In this document: positions 50,101-58,544 of the stretch, piece after piece | How positions within the stretch are numbered: the stretch's first letter is position 1 | How the letters are laid out: each line of letters opens with the position of its first letter | DNA from: Armatimonadota bacterium | Lineage (GTDB): Bacteria; Armatimonadota; SYMT01 | Assembly (NCBI GenBank): GCA_041690135.1 | Contig: JAWLHY010000001.1 | Span: 544,001 to 608,000, forward strand | Direction of reading: 5' to 3' | DNA: 64,000 nt | Notes under the pieces: generated by a model | What the model was told of the DNA's origin: nothing | The model's input: only the letters and a program-made list of their open reading frames with translations | The model's database searches: none | Made by a program: the position numbers and the translations under genes

Positions 50101-51228
50101 AAGCTCGGGAGCGCGATAAGGCGAGTCTAGGGCGAGGGCATCCGCAGTCGAGGCGATAGACTGGCTATTTGCCAACCGAGCGAACTCAAAGTCGGCAAAG
50201 ACCACTCGGGGAGGGGTCCGTGATTGATCGAGAAACACGTTGTCGGGCGTGAGGTTCCGATGGACGACTCCCTGCTCGTGGAGCAGAGCGAGACCCGTGA
50301 GAAGCGCTTCTCCCAGTTCCAATGCATCCCCTAAAGTTAGCTCCCCGCTGGTGAGGCTCACTGAATAGGCCCGCAGCGAGGGCAGGGCTACCAGGTGCTG
50401 CGGCACCACGATGTAGCGGTCATCCCCCCACTTGAATGGCAGGTCTACCCCAGGGGCCATGCCAGCATTCACCAGCTTGCTCAATGCATGAAAGTCCCGG
50501 TAGATCAACTCTTCCTGGCGGCTCCGCTCGTCATTGTTCAGACCACTGAGTTCATAGAGCTTGAGCCGTCGTTTCCCATCAGTTGTCGCCGCTTCGTGCT
50601 GGGCCAAGAAGGCGCGGTAGTGGGGACCGCCTGTGAGCGCTTCCAGAATGCGATAAGCATTGATGGCACGAGGGAGTGTGGGGCGTGGCGGGAGTAGGCG
50701 CAGCTTCTCCATGATCTGCGGTTGAAAGCGTGCGAGATCATGATCACGGTTACGGCGATCTAGGGTTCGCAACGCTTGGTCCGCGTCAGCCAGCTTGACG
50801 ATCTGGTCTCGGCGCTGCTCTTGCACCAACAAGGTCGCCTCTGGGTCCGACAGGATTACCAACGGCAGGACGAAGGGAACTCCCCCGAACTCAGTGGTGA
50901 CTCCCGGCACCTGATCGCGGACGTAACCGGCTAATCGCCTCGCAACGTACTCCATCTTGTTGAGCGGGCTTTCGAGACTTTCGCGGGAATCCAGCACCCA
51001 GTAGCTCTCGGTTCCGTGGATACGGCCCCGAAGCCCTTTCTCATCCGCAACGAAGATAGTGTGATCGGCGACGATGATGAAGTCTACCTCGCGAGTGGAC
51101 CCATTCGGCATCGTGAATATCTTGTTCGAGACGACCTTCCACTCACGCGGCAGCTTGTCGCGGAAGTATTCCGCCGCTGTCTGCTCACCTTTAGTGATGA
51201 AGTCGCCGAATTGCACAAGTTCTGCCAC
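47164..51228 (-). CDS. Mad6-like NERD nuclease - pseudokinase - Ser/Thr kinase - DndF-like P-loop protein
   Basis: NERD EVDFII..ADEKG; kinase 1 HRNLTPDN/DFE; kinase 2 GTGG, HRDLSARN, DFG, YRAPE; SGNPGDGKT; RHVTMRDLRS. GTG start after GAGGGG. Confidence 0.8.
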   Translation of the reverse strand: MAELVQFGDFITKGEQTAAEYFRDKLPREWKVVSNKIFTMPNGSTREVDFIIVADHTIFVADEKGLRGRIHGTESYWVLDSRESLESPLNKMEYVARRLAGYVRDQVPGVTTEFGGVPFVLPLVILSDPEATLLVQEQRRDQIVKLADADQALRTLDRRNRDHDLARFQPQIMEKLRLLPPRPTLPRAINAYRILEALTGGPHYRAFLAQHEAATTDGKRRLKLYELSGLNNDERSRQEELIYRDFHALSKLVNAGMAPGVDLPFKWGDDRYIVVPQHLVALPSLRAYSVSLTSGELTLGDALELGEALLTGLALLHEQGVVHRNLTPDNVFLDQSRTPPRVVFADFEFARLANSQSIASTADALALDSPYRAPELAVSMSFASAASDIFAAGLILAELFTGMSAQEMRDTDGNINIPALRLDDSGLLPDEIDNLRDVLRSMVVADDRNRWQSAEEARKFLRELFAARLARADAAASEASSEVRQPVVEGTPGQRPFGGLYQRGDRIAEQYEVERVLGTGGTANTYLVRDYLYGGTFVLKQIRDPLQAHRLAGNEFNALQRLPSHRCIMRVFDVRRPEDPFHLKLEYVHGSSVDDLSSEFPWPLDRVLSFAHDVLEALDTLEAHAFAHRDLSARNIIITDSGPKLIDFGFAAPIAEVGRTAVGTVAYRAPELDRGDPWNSTCDTYALGVLLFRMLTGKSPFCHDLQGRFDKSQIISLAPADDLVRGEVLGVIRRAISADQSSRFTTAKEFADALRTAAAAQGFVTATGERVINTWVTDIQGLYRNSRVGNADNRGLDTDFACDTYVPTKLDRELIPRVLEGRYWVVLLSGNPGDGKTAFLEQLGEALAEAGAEAIPCDSQNGWRYRLEEREFAANYDASESSRGKRANELLDEILRPFRGDSAPRDPAYTALLAINDGKLREFLLSNPNYKWLGKQVYRLLERPDWHVDERVALVDLKQRAVVGGELAEGAAGDLFDQVLGKLIFSDEWRACDACRARTTCPMKFNRDTLADPQHGAEVRRRIRALLQIIHLRRERHVTMRDLRSALAYLLTGATTCGDIHRELDQNERPPHWYNRLYFMAAFNPEDEGEDNLKDFAACDPAEVSSPRLDRFLHFRRHADTQHEIDGIMLPLTNRALDPLNGLNITALGRDWYGAYKRRLFFEGDGNALLNHEQHLPEWPDLLPYRHFSAFLDAVSGRTPLEAVRDTLCEAISRADGIVDPRMYRQFLCVRTSHNEEVGLTVFKRFPHSEFECRVLLPRETSIEVLPNALELLHLKSDASILISLDLYEILMRFSEGYQAGAEEQQPFVIDLAQFQNRLLNQAAEELLLMESGRQLHRVRQVGGFIELLPVEQG

Positions 51229-51359
51229 GGGTCCACCCCTCTCGATGGCCGACTGCCGCATCTGGGGCAGCGTTGGGTAGCGCGTCTGTAGCGTACCGCC
51301 TTTAAGCCAATCAGCCAAGCTGCCCGGCTTTCCCTCCTTCAATTCTCTCGAACTGCGGA

Positions 51360-51401
51360 TTTTTCCTCAATTTGCTGCCGCCATGCGCTATGGGTAGTGG
51401 A
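51360..51401 (+). promoter_or_regulatory. Element-specific promoter motif, copy D
   Basis: TTTTTCCTCAATTT-N12-CGCTATGGGTAGTGGA, same boxes as copy B. Confidence 0.7.
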
Positions 51402-51426
51402 AAACGCGCTACACAAAGGAGGCAAG

Positions 51427-51873
51427 ATGCAGACGTTGACGAGAGACGGGGTTGGGTATCGCACCCGCGTGATGACGGAACAGAATGCTCAATCGTTTGC
51501 CGCCTGCCTGCGGGCCAACGGCCAGTTCACCAACGTGGAAGTTCACGAGGAGCCACGAGCCAAGGGGGAGCGCCGCTATTACGTCGCCTACCAGCCGTCA
51601 GACCCACAGCAGCAGCAGGTGCTTCTCCAGGGCCACGAGGAGCAGCGCCGCGCCAGAGCCGAGAGTGAGGGCGAGCAATACCTCTTCGTCGAGAATTCGG
51701 ACACTGGCCGCTTCTTCTGGTGCCAGTCGGTCAGCGGCGAAGTGTACGAGGTGACACTCCACAACTGCACCTGCCCGGATGCCGAGTTCCGCTGCCGGAC
51801 GAACGGAATCCGCTGCAAGCACTCCCTGGCGCTGGAGAAGGCCCAAGAACGCGGTGCCGTCCTCACCTTCTGA
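51427..51873 (+). CDS. SWIM zinc-finger protein
   Basis: YEVT..CTCPD...CKH; AAGGAGG RBS; followed by a hairpin at 51882-51907. Confidence 0.8.
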   Translation: MQTLTRDGVGYRTRVMTEQNAQSFAACLRANGQFTNVEVHEEPRAKGERRYYVAYQPSDPQQQQVLLQGHEEQRRARAESEGEQYLFVENSDTGRFFWCQSVSGEVYEVTLHNCTCPDAEFRCRTNGIRCKHSLALEKAQERGAVLTF

Positions 51874-52112
51874 TGCATGAGAGGGCCGGGAGTCCGCATC
51901 CGGCCCTAAGCACGCCGAGGAACGCCGATGAAGGACGACGAACTACTCTCGCAGACCACCCGACATCCCACCGACTTCACCCACCGTGTTGACGCGCAAA
52001 TCCAGCGGCTCGACGACCTCTAACAAAGCGTGCAGGTTCACTACAAGTACTTCCCAGCGGGTGTCGTCAATAGCTTCGGGTGGTAGACGGCCATTACAGA
52101 CGGGTACCAACA

Positions 52113-53042
52113 ATGAGTATGCGAATATCAGCGGGCGCGAAGAAAGCAGCGTTTGCGAGCGCAGGTAATCGCTGCGCGTTTCCGAACTGCGATATGACGC
52201 TGGTTACGAGCGATGGTTACCTTCTCGGCGAGATTGCGCACATCGTCTCGATCACTGGGGCTGGCCCACGCTATGACCCGTCAGTCTCTGTGGGTGACCG
52301 CGTTTCTTCAGAGAACCTAATCGCTCTGTGTCCAAACCACCATCGCGTCGTTGATCTGGAACCAGAAGTCTACACGACGGAGTGGTTGCGCAAAGCGCGT
52401 GCCGAGCACGAAGTTCAAGTTGCCAAGTCAACGATCACCATTCCACGGGTGACACCGTTGCTTCCGAAGGAACTGTCCACCTTCGCAAGTGCGCTCCAAA
52501 CCTGGCGAGAAAACCGCAACAATCCAGATGAAGAATTCTGGCAGACGGTGTTTACTGAACATCCACATCTAATTGCCCAGGCAGTTCCTGGTTGCGTTCT
52601 CCAGATTGGGCAGAAGTGCTACGTCGGAGGCAAAGGTATTCACAACTCGGGCGGCAATATCGTTGACTTTCTTTACGTCATCCAATCCACAAGCAACTTG
52701 GTTGTTGTCGAGATAAAAACCCCTACGACCAAACTGATGGGTGGCCTCTACCGGAACAATGCGTATGCAATCTCCGAAAATCTCACAGGTGCGGTAGTTC
52801 AATGCCTCAACTATCGAGATCAGTCCCTCAAGAACTACTATCAGCTTACTGGTGAGTCGGGCGGGGCGTTTAGTGCATTCAACCCTATGTGCCTGATCAT
52901 CGCGGGGAACGTAGCATCGGAGTGTGATGATTTTAATAAGAAGCGTTCGCTTGAACTTTTCCGTTCAACACTCCAGCCGGTAGTGCTCGGCTACGACGAG
53001 CTATTTGCGAAGGTGGAGAACCTGGTTGATATACTCGGGTGA
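52113..53042 (+). CDS. sduA: Shedu (SduA/DUF4263) nuclease with an N-terminal HNH domain
   Basis: HNH: CAFPNC, EIAHI, NLIALCPNHH. DUF4263: EEFWQ..F, YVGGK, VDFL, VEIKTP, AVVQ, GYDEL. Confidence 0.8.
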   Translation: MSMRISAGAKKAAFASAGNRCAFPNCDMTLVTSDGYLLGEIAHIVSITGAGPRYDPSVSVGDRVSSENLIALCPNHHRVVDLEPEVYTTEWLRKARAEHEVQVAKSTITIPRVTPLLPKELSTFASALQTWRENRNNPDEEFWQTVFTEHPHLIAQAVPGCVLQIGQKCYVGGKGIHNSGGNIVDFLYVIQSTSNLVVVEIKTPTTKLMGGLYRNNAYAISENLTGAVVQCLNYRDQSLKNYYQLTGESGGAFSAFNPMCLIIAGNVASECDDFNKKRSLELFRSTLQPVVLGYDELFAKVENLVDILG

Positions 53043-53236
53043 TCGCTCCGTAGCATCTCTGCCGCTGTGTCCGTACCACATTCACCGCGCTGGAGTCTCA
53101 GCGCTCAAGGCCGTGAGGGAGGTGGGGCGGCGGTCCCGCTGAAGACATTCTCAACGCAAGCCCCTTTCCTCTCGGTGGATCATCGCAGCGATGGGACCCG
53201 CGCTAGGGGTGTGAGAGCATAATCATCCCCGCTCTG

Positions 53237-56200
53237 TCAATTGCAGGGGGTGGAGCGCCCAGCATCCTCAGCAGGTGGATACGTTGACGCTGCGATTCCG
53301 AGATCGGGCAGGGCCTCGGTACGAACCAGGCGCTGGAAATCCCTGGGACAGCCGGATGTCAGCCTGCGCACGAGCGCCGTGACGGCCTGAGGCCGTCTTC
53401 CGAAGCTCCGCACTGCTTGGGCCACAGCCCGTGCTATTATGCCTGAGGCGATACGCCGAGTTCTGGCCCAGTCGTAGATCGCTCGGATGCACGCTGCGGC
53501 CTGATCGTCTGTGCTGTTCTCACACAGCAAGTAACTGCAGCGGTAGACGGCGTGCTGCAGCCAGAAGTCGTCCGGGTCATCCTGGTGGGATTGTTCGAGG
53601 ATCGCTTCTATCCACGGCTGGCGGAGGTCCTCACTGCCAGCTACCCAGTCAGTGAACAGGCTCCAGACTACTTCACTGAGCACAGCAGAACTGAGTCGCC
53701 GCTCCACTTCTGGCCGTCCAACTCGGACGAGCATGCTACGCGCCGCCTGGTTGTCGTCTCTCGGATCGGAGCGGATCGTGTCTGCGATTTCATTGCTCCG
53801 CAGCGGAATCGCCGTGTAGGAGTGGGCGAAGAGCAGCCGAATGCAGCGCCAGTACTCTGACTCATCGATCAATCCCTTGTGGCGGGCAGCTTTCAGGAAG
53901 CCGCAGATGCCGAATGCCACGTTTCCTTGCTCCCGCACCAGATACTGAACGACGGCCTCGTCGGTGAACAGCGGAAGTGCGCTCTCCGCACCTGCCCTGG
54001 CGTCCCGCTCTCCTTCGGCAGCCGAATCCTCTTCGACCACGCCCACTCGTTTCACGACCGGGTGGCGAGCCAGAAAGCGGATGATGTGATGCAGTCGGAG
54101 TCGGGCCGACGGTTCCTGCACCCGGATCATACTGTTTCGGACCTGCAGGAAGAAGTGCTCTGGGACAATCACCGCATCGAACATGCGTGGAAGCAGGTAG
54201 AGCTGGCCGAGAAGCTCTAGCGTCAGCAGGGCCGTGAGGTCCACGGTGACCTGGCGTGCCTCAAAGGCGACCGCTGCTTGCAGGAGATCATCGGCGGGCG
54301 TCCCGCCGTGGCATCTGATCTCGTATTCGGCGTCCCGACGCTGGATGATCTGTTCCCAGAGGGAAGGGAGCGGGAGACCGGTTTCCTGTGCCAACCAGGC
54401 AAGCGGCAGAGTTTGGCATCGATAGGTGAGCCAGGCAAGCCGAACCTGCTCATCGTGCTGAGCGCGAAGTTCGGCCATCTGGCGGTCGCGCTCCTGGCGC
54501 GTGGGAGCCTGTTGTAGCCAGATCAGAGGACTGTCAGGCCAGCGCTCCCGAAACTCTCCGAGCCACTTCAACGCCAGGTCCCACCGCCCACCTCCTTGTA
54601 CGGCGCAAATGGCGCTCATGAACATCTCGGGACTCTTGTCCGCTCCCGCAGCCACGGCTGCTTCCGCCCAGCGCACCGCCTCGGGTGCCGCTTCCATCTC
54701 CCGACAGATCGTCGCTAGGTTGAGGGAGGCGAGTGCGTCAACATTACCCAATTCGTGAGCGCGGACAAGCAGCCGATAGGCTTCATCGAGGTTGAAGAGG
54801 TTCCACTCGGTCTGTGCAAGACCCAGCAGGGCGCGGAGACTGTCTGGCTCCGCTTCCAGGAGCTTCCGCCAGCAGCCCGCTGCATCGCGATGCTGATGCA
54901 GTCGAGCCAAGACGGATGCGCGAATGTCCAATAGCTCCGTGTTTGCGAAGCCTTCGGTCGAAGCCGAGTCGAGAATGGTGAGCGCTTCCTGACACCTTCC
55001 GGTATTCACGAGCGCGGCAGCGCAGTTGTGATAGAGGGCAGGGCGGTTGGGTCTACCTGCTTCCTTGTTGCGCAGGATCAGGTGTTGGCTCACCGCCGCG
55101 AACTCTGCCCAGGCATCCTGATCTAGCAGCACCTTGGCTGCGATCTCCAGGACGAGAAGATTGTCAGGCGCGATCTCCTGGGCACGCCGAATGAACGCCA
55201 GCGCTTCCTCTGCCAGCCCATCCTGCAAGCGCCATTGCGCCCGCTCTAGGTACGCCTGCCATGGGTTAGGGTAGGTTTCAATGGCCCTCGCCAGGAGTGC
55301 TTCGGCTTCTTCCCTTTGGGTGGCTTCGCCCTCGCCTTCCGCCGTCTGATGTCGCAGGGCATGCGCAACGAGCACTTCCACGTCCAGCTTCAAGGCGGTC
55401 GGTAGGTCAGGATGGTCTCGTAGCGGCGCGAGGCGCTCAAGTGCTTCGGAGAACCACCGAGCACTAACGAGCGTGAGGCACAGGTTGTAGATCGTGGGAA
55501 GATCGGTTGGGTCCAACTCGACCGCGTGAACGAAGTGGAGACGTGCCGCCTCCATATCCCCCTCGCTCATCTCTACCCGCGCAAGCCCGCGCAGTGCAGG
55601 CACCAGCACCGAGCGAGGCGGTCCAGCCGCTGTAGCCCGCACGTAAGCGTCTCGTGCCGCCGTGATGCTCCCTAGCTCCAGGTGGCAGAGACCGGCATGT
55701 ACCAGGCACCGCGCTGCGGCTGCGGCACGGCCATTCTGGTTATACTGCTCGGCGGAGTACTCGAACTCCGCAGATGCTTCCACCAGGCGGTTCCGGTCGA
55801 TCCTCAGGTCGGAGAGCAGTGTGTTGGCAAGACTATGTGACTCGGGCGAGGTGATGGCTTGGGAGAGGAGCACATCACCCAGAAGTTCATGGGCTTCGGG
55901 TTCACCCGGCTCACGCGCCACGCAGTCCCTGGCGAGAGCTTCTGCCTTGTCCAGTTCGCCTGCCAGACGGTAGGCATTTGTCAGGGCGTAGTCGCGGCGG
56001 ATGTCAACGTCCCCTCGCAGCCGGGCTTGGCCGTCCAGAAGCTCTATCGCTTGCTGCGGCTTTCCCTGGCTGAGGAGCAGGTTCGCTTTCGTGTGGACGG
56101 CCTCGGGCAGCGTAGGATCAGACCTAAGTATCGGCTCCAGAAGGCGCAGCGATTCCTCCACAGGATCGTCACAAAGGTCCCGAGCGATGACGAGATTGGT

Positions 56201-56962
56201 GACGGCGTGGGGGTAGTCGGGACGGAGTCGCAATGCTTCCTCGAATGCTGCCTTGGCCTCCGCCTGCCGCATAAACGCGAGATGACAGCAGCCAAGGCGT
56301 GTCAGGCGAGCATAACGGAGGTCATCTGTCCAACCGTAACCGTCGCCCGTGCCGAGTTGGAGCACAGCCCAAGCAACCTGATACCGCCCCTCTTCGATGT
56401 AGCGCTTCCCGAGGTCAAGCTGCTGACGGATGATTTCGTGAGTCGCCGACCGCTGCGCCGCGACAGCTTCCTGATAGGCGAGACTGATGTTACGGGTGTC
56501 CTGGCGTCCCCACTCCGCATTCTCGTGCAAGAGATCACGAAACGAGCTGAGTTCAGCCGGTCGTCGGTTGACCTCAACCTGGGGCCAGAGCGGACGGACC
56601 CCACCGCCAGCGATCAACGCCTCATGCTGCCCTTTCCATTCGAGTAGCAACTCCTTAGGGAAAACATTCGGGTCTCGGTCGATCATCGTGGCGCAGATGG
56701 TGCAGAGCCAGATAGCGTTCTGGATGCTCATCCGCTCCTGCGATGTCTGGAGAGGATCGTATCGGGGTCCCCCTGGCGAGGCCGCGCAGATGTGTGCGGC
56801 CTCGCCGAGGGTGGTCACCCTCGCTGGATCAGAATGGGGCGCGACCGTGAGCCGTCCGCAGTCCGGATTGCTGCAGGCGTATGCTGCGCGTGCGGCGAGT
56901 ACTCGGCGCACTGACGGGGAGAAGTCGTCGCGTGGCAAGAAAGCACACTCGTGTCCGGACAC
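53237..56962 (-). CDS. HNH - TPR repeats - PIN domain protein
   Basis: CSNPDC, GEAAHICAASPGGPRYD, NAIWLC; about 700 aa of TPRs; PIN-like VTVDLTALLTL...LFTDE. Confidence 0.75.
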   Translation of the reverse strand: MSGHECAFLPRDDFSPSVRRVLAARAAYACSNPDCGRLTVAPHSDPARVTTLGEAAHICAASPGGPRYDPLQTSQERMSIQNAIWLCTICATMIDRDPNVFPKELLLEWKGQHEALIAGGGVRPLWPQVEVNRRPAELSSFRDLLHENAEWGRQDTRNISLAYQEAVAAQRSATHEIIRQQLDLGKRYIEEGRYQVAWAVLQLGTGDGYGWTDDLRYARLTRLGCCHLAFMRQAEAKAAFEEALRLRPDYPHAVTNLVIARDLCDDPVEESLRLLEPILRSDPTLPEAVHTKANLLLSQGKPQQAIELLDGQARLRGDVDIRRDYALTNAYRLAGELDKAEALARDCVAREPGEPEAHELLGDVLLSQAITSPESHSLANTLLSDLRIDRNRLVEASAEFEYSAEQYNQNGRAAAAARCLVHAGLCHLELGSITAARDAYVRATAAGPPRSVLVPALRGLARVEMSEGDMEAARLHFVHAVELDPTDLPTIYNLCLTLVSARWFSEALERLAPLRDHPDLPTALKLDVEVLVAHALRHQTAEGEGEATQREEAEALLARAIETYPNPWQAYLERAQWRLQDGLAEEALAFIRRAQEIAPDNLLVLEIAAKVLLDQDAWAEFAAVSQHLILRNKEAGRPNRPALYHNCAAALVNTGRCQEALTILDSASTEGFANTELLDIRASVLARLHQHRDAAGCWRKLLEAEPDSLRALLGLAQTEWNLFNLDEAYRLLVRAHELGNVDALASLNLATICREMEAAPEAVRWAEAAVAAGADKSPEMFMSAICAVQGGGRWDLALKWLGEFRERWPDSPLIWLQQAPTRQERDRQMAELRAQHDEQVRLAWLTYRCQTLPLAWLAQETGLPLPSLWEQIIQRRDAEYEIRCHGGTPADDLLQAAVAFEARQVTVDLTALLTLELLGQLYLLPRMFDAVIVPEHFFLQVRNSMIRVQEPSARLRLHHIIRFLARHPVVKRVGVVEEDSAAEGERDARAGAESALPLFTDEAVVQYLVREQGNVAFGICGFLKAARHKGLIDESEYWRCIRLLFAHSYTAIPLRSNEIADTIRSDPRDDNQAARSMLVRVGRPEVERRLSSAVLSEVVWSLFTDWVAGSEDLRQPWIEAILEQSHQDDPDDFWLQHAVYRCSYLLCENSTDDQAAACIRAIYDWARTRRIASGIIARAVAQAVRSFGRRPQAVTALVRRLTSGCPRDFQRLVRTEALPDLGIAASTYPPAEDAGRSTPCN

Positions 56963-57505
56963 AGCCTGACTGCGGCGATGGGCTGGCCATACCTTCTGAA
57001 AAGTATCTGCACCAGCATATCAAATCTTCGTTTGCCAGTCAACCGAGATGTCTCCCGGTCCTCAAGGGCTGCGGGCCTCCATAAGTCTCATGCTCTTTCA
57101 GCGGCGTGCACGGCTCCGAGGGGTCATGCTCTTGGGAGTCCCGAGGAAACCCCCTCCACCGCGCTGGAACGATCCAGCGATGGGTCCCACGCTCGCCGTA
57201 CCCAGGATGCGCCAGGAAGACTGATCGCCGAGGTCTCCCGCCCCGACACTCCGAACAAGGAAGTAGAACAGCCGCTGCGAGTATAAGGCAGGAGGGAGTC
57301 AAGTGGAGGAAGCCAGACCGTTACAGGCCGATGCGCTCTTCGTCGCGTGTCGAGAACGTAATTACCCAGAGGTGGCGCGATTGCTGGATGAGGGGCCGTC
57401 ACTGGTGAACTTTCAGTTGCATGCGGGAGACGAGCATCCGCCCTACTGCAGCGGATGCTGGACACCCCACTCCGAAGCGGGTGACCGCCGTAGCCCTTCT
57501 AACCT

Positions 57506-58516
57506 CTACCGCACTCTGCCCTGGAGACCATCGCCTGGTGGCGTCTGCGAGTCACAGATTACACGCTGTCGTGCCTCAATCCTCTCCATGACTCTCCCGA
57601 TCCGAGCATCGAGGTCGTCCAGGTCCGGATTGAAGTTTCCGACCTGGCGCAAAGCCTCGTCTCGGGCCAACGGGTCACTAGCAGTCAACTCAACCTCGGT
57701 GCCGCTAATGCAGTCAATGCAGTAACTAGCGAAGCAACGAGGACCCTCGTATCGGTCGCAGAGTAACACGATCAGGCGAAGGCAGCTAAAGTACTCCACC
57801 TCTGCGTAGAGCAACCCCGCCGCTCCATCTCCGAAGATGGTTACCCGATGGCAGATAAGGTCATCAGGAGTCCGGTTTTCGAGTGCCGCGTCGGCGTAGC
57901 CGACATAGGATTCGTCTGCCATGCCTCTGATGAAGGGGATTAGATGCTGGATGATCTCGCGAGACCCACCTCTGAGCATGTACAGGTTCACTGCGGACTT
58001 GCAGACGGCCCTGGCTACTTCCGCTCCTCCGAACGAGATGCGTACCCGCGCAAGGCTGTCCGGGCGGTGCGACTCCTCCACTGCTGCTGTTAAAGCCGCC
58101 TCTACGTCGAGTTGCGGGTATCGTCGCTTCAGACCATTGAGCAGCTTCCGGGCCTCCTCTCTGCTTCGAGCTTGAATGTTGAGGAAGACCTCTTCCCCCT
58201 CCTCGGTGACCTCGACATGTGGGCGGGCACGGTGGCCTACGCCGTCCGTCTCCACCAGTACGGTCTCCCCCGTATCCAGTAGTTCGAATCGTAAAGGAGG
58301 GGTCTCGCCACGTTGCCGGGAGACATCTAGCAGATGCGATAGGGGGTGGAGTTGACGACATAGCTCGGCATCGATCCGCTCTCCGAACTCGCAGTTGCAC
58401 GAGTGGCATAATAGTTTATCGGAGCGAAGCCTGCCGCCGATTGCGTTAGCGATCACGTGCTCCCGTGAGTAGTTCTCCCCAGTAATCTGTGACTCGCAGA
58501 CGTAGCAAGTGCCCAT
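57506..58516 (-). CDS. HNH endonuclease (HNH_5-like) with a C-terminal domain
   Basis: CYVC...SREHVIANAIGG...LCHSCN. Confidence 0.75.
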   Translation of the reverse strand: MGTCYVCESQITGENYSREHVIANAIGGRLRSDKLLCHSCNCEFGERIDAELCRQLHPLSHLLDVSRQRGETPPLRFELLDTGETVLVETDGVGHRARPHVEVTEEGEEVFLNIQARSREEARKLLNGLKRRYPQLDVEAALTAAVEESHRPDSLARVRISFGGAEVARAVCKSAVNLYMLRGGSREIIQHLIPFIRGMADESYVGYADAALENRTPDDLICHRVTIFGDGAAGLLYAEVEYFSCLRLIVLLCDRYEGPRCFASYCIDCISGTEVELTASDPLARDEALRQVGNFNPDLDDLDARIGRVMERIEARQRVICDSQTPPGDGLQGRVR

Positions 58517-58544
58517 CGTTCTTCCCGTAGTCAGTGTGACCGGC

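Noticed and set aside
47164-51228. PglW / BREX type 2
   Set aside because: Shares NERD plus kinases, but has a DndF-like P-loop C-terminus and no pglX, pglY or pglZ neighbours.
40198-51228. Complete phosphorothioate (Dnd) or complete MADS system
   Set aside because: No modification or specificity genes are present in the window.
57303-57500. Ankyrin-like gene start (ALFVACRERNYPEVARLLDEG)
   Set aside because: At most one degenerate repeat before it runs into the antisense HNH gene; too weak to call.
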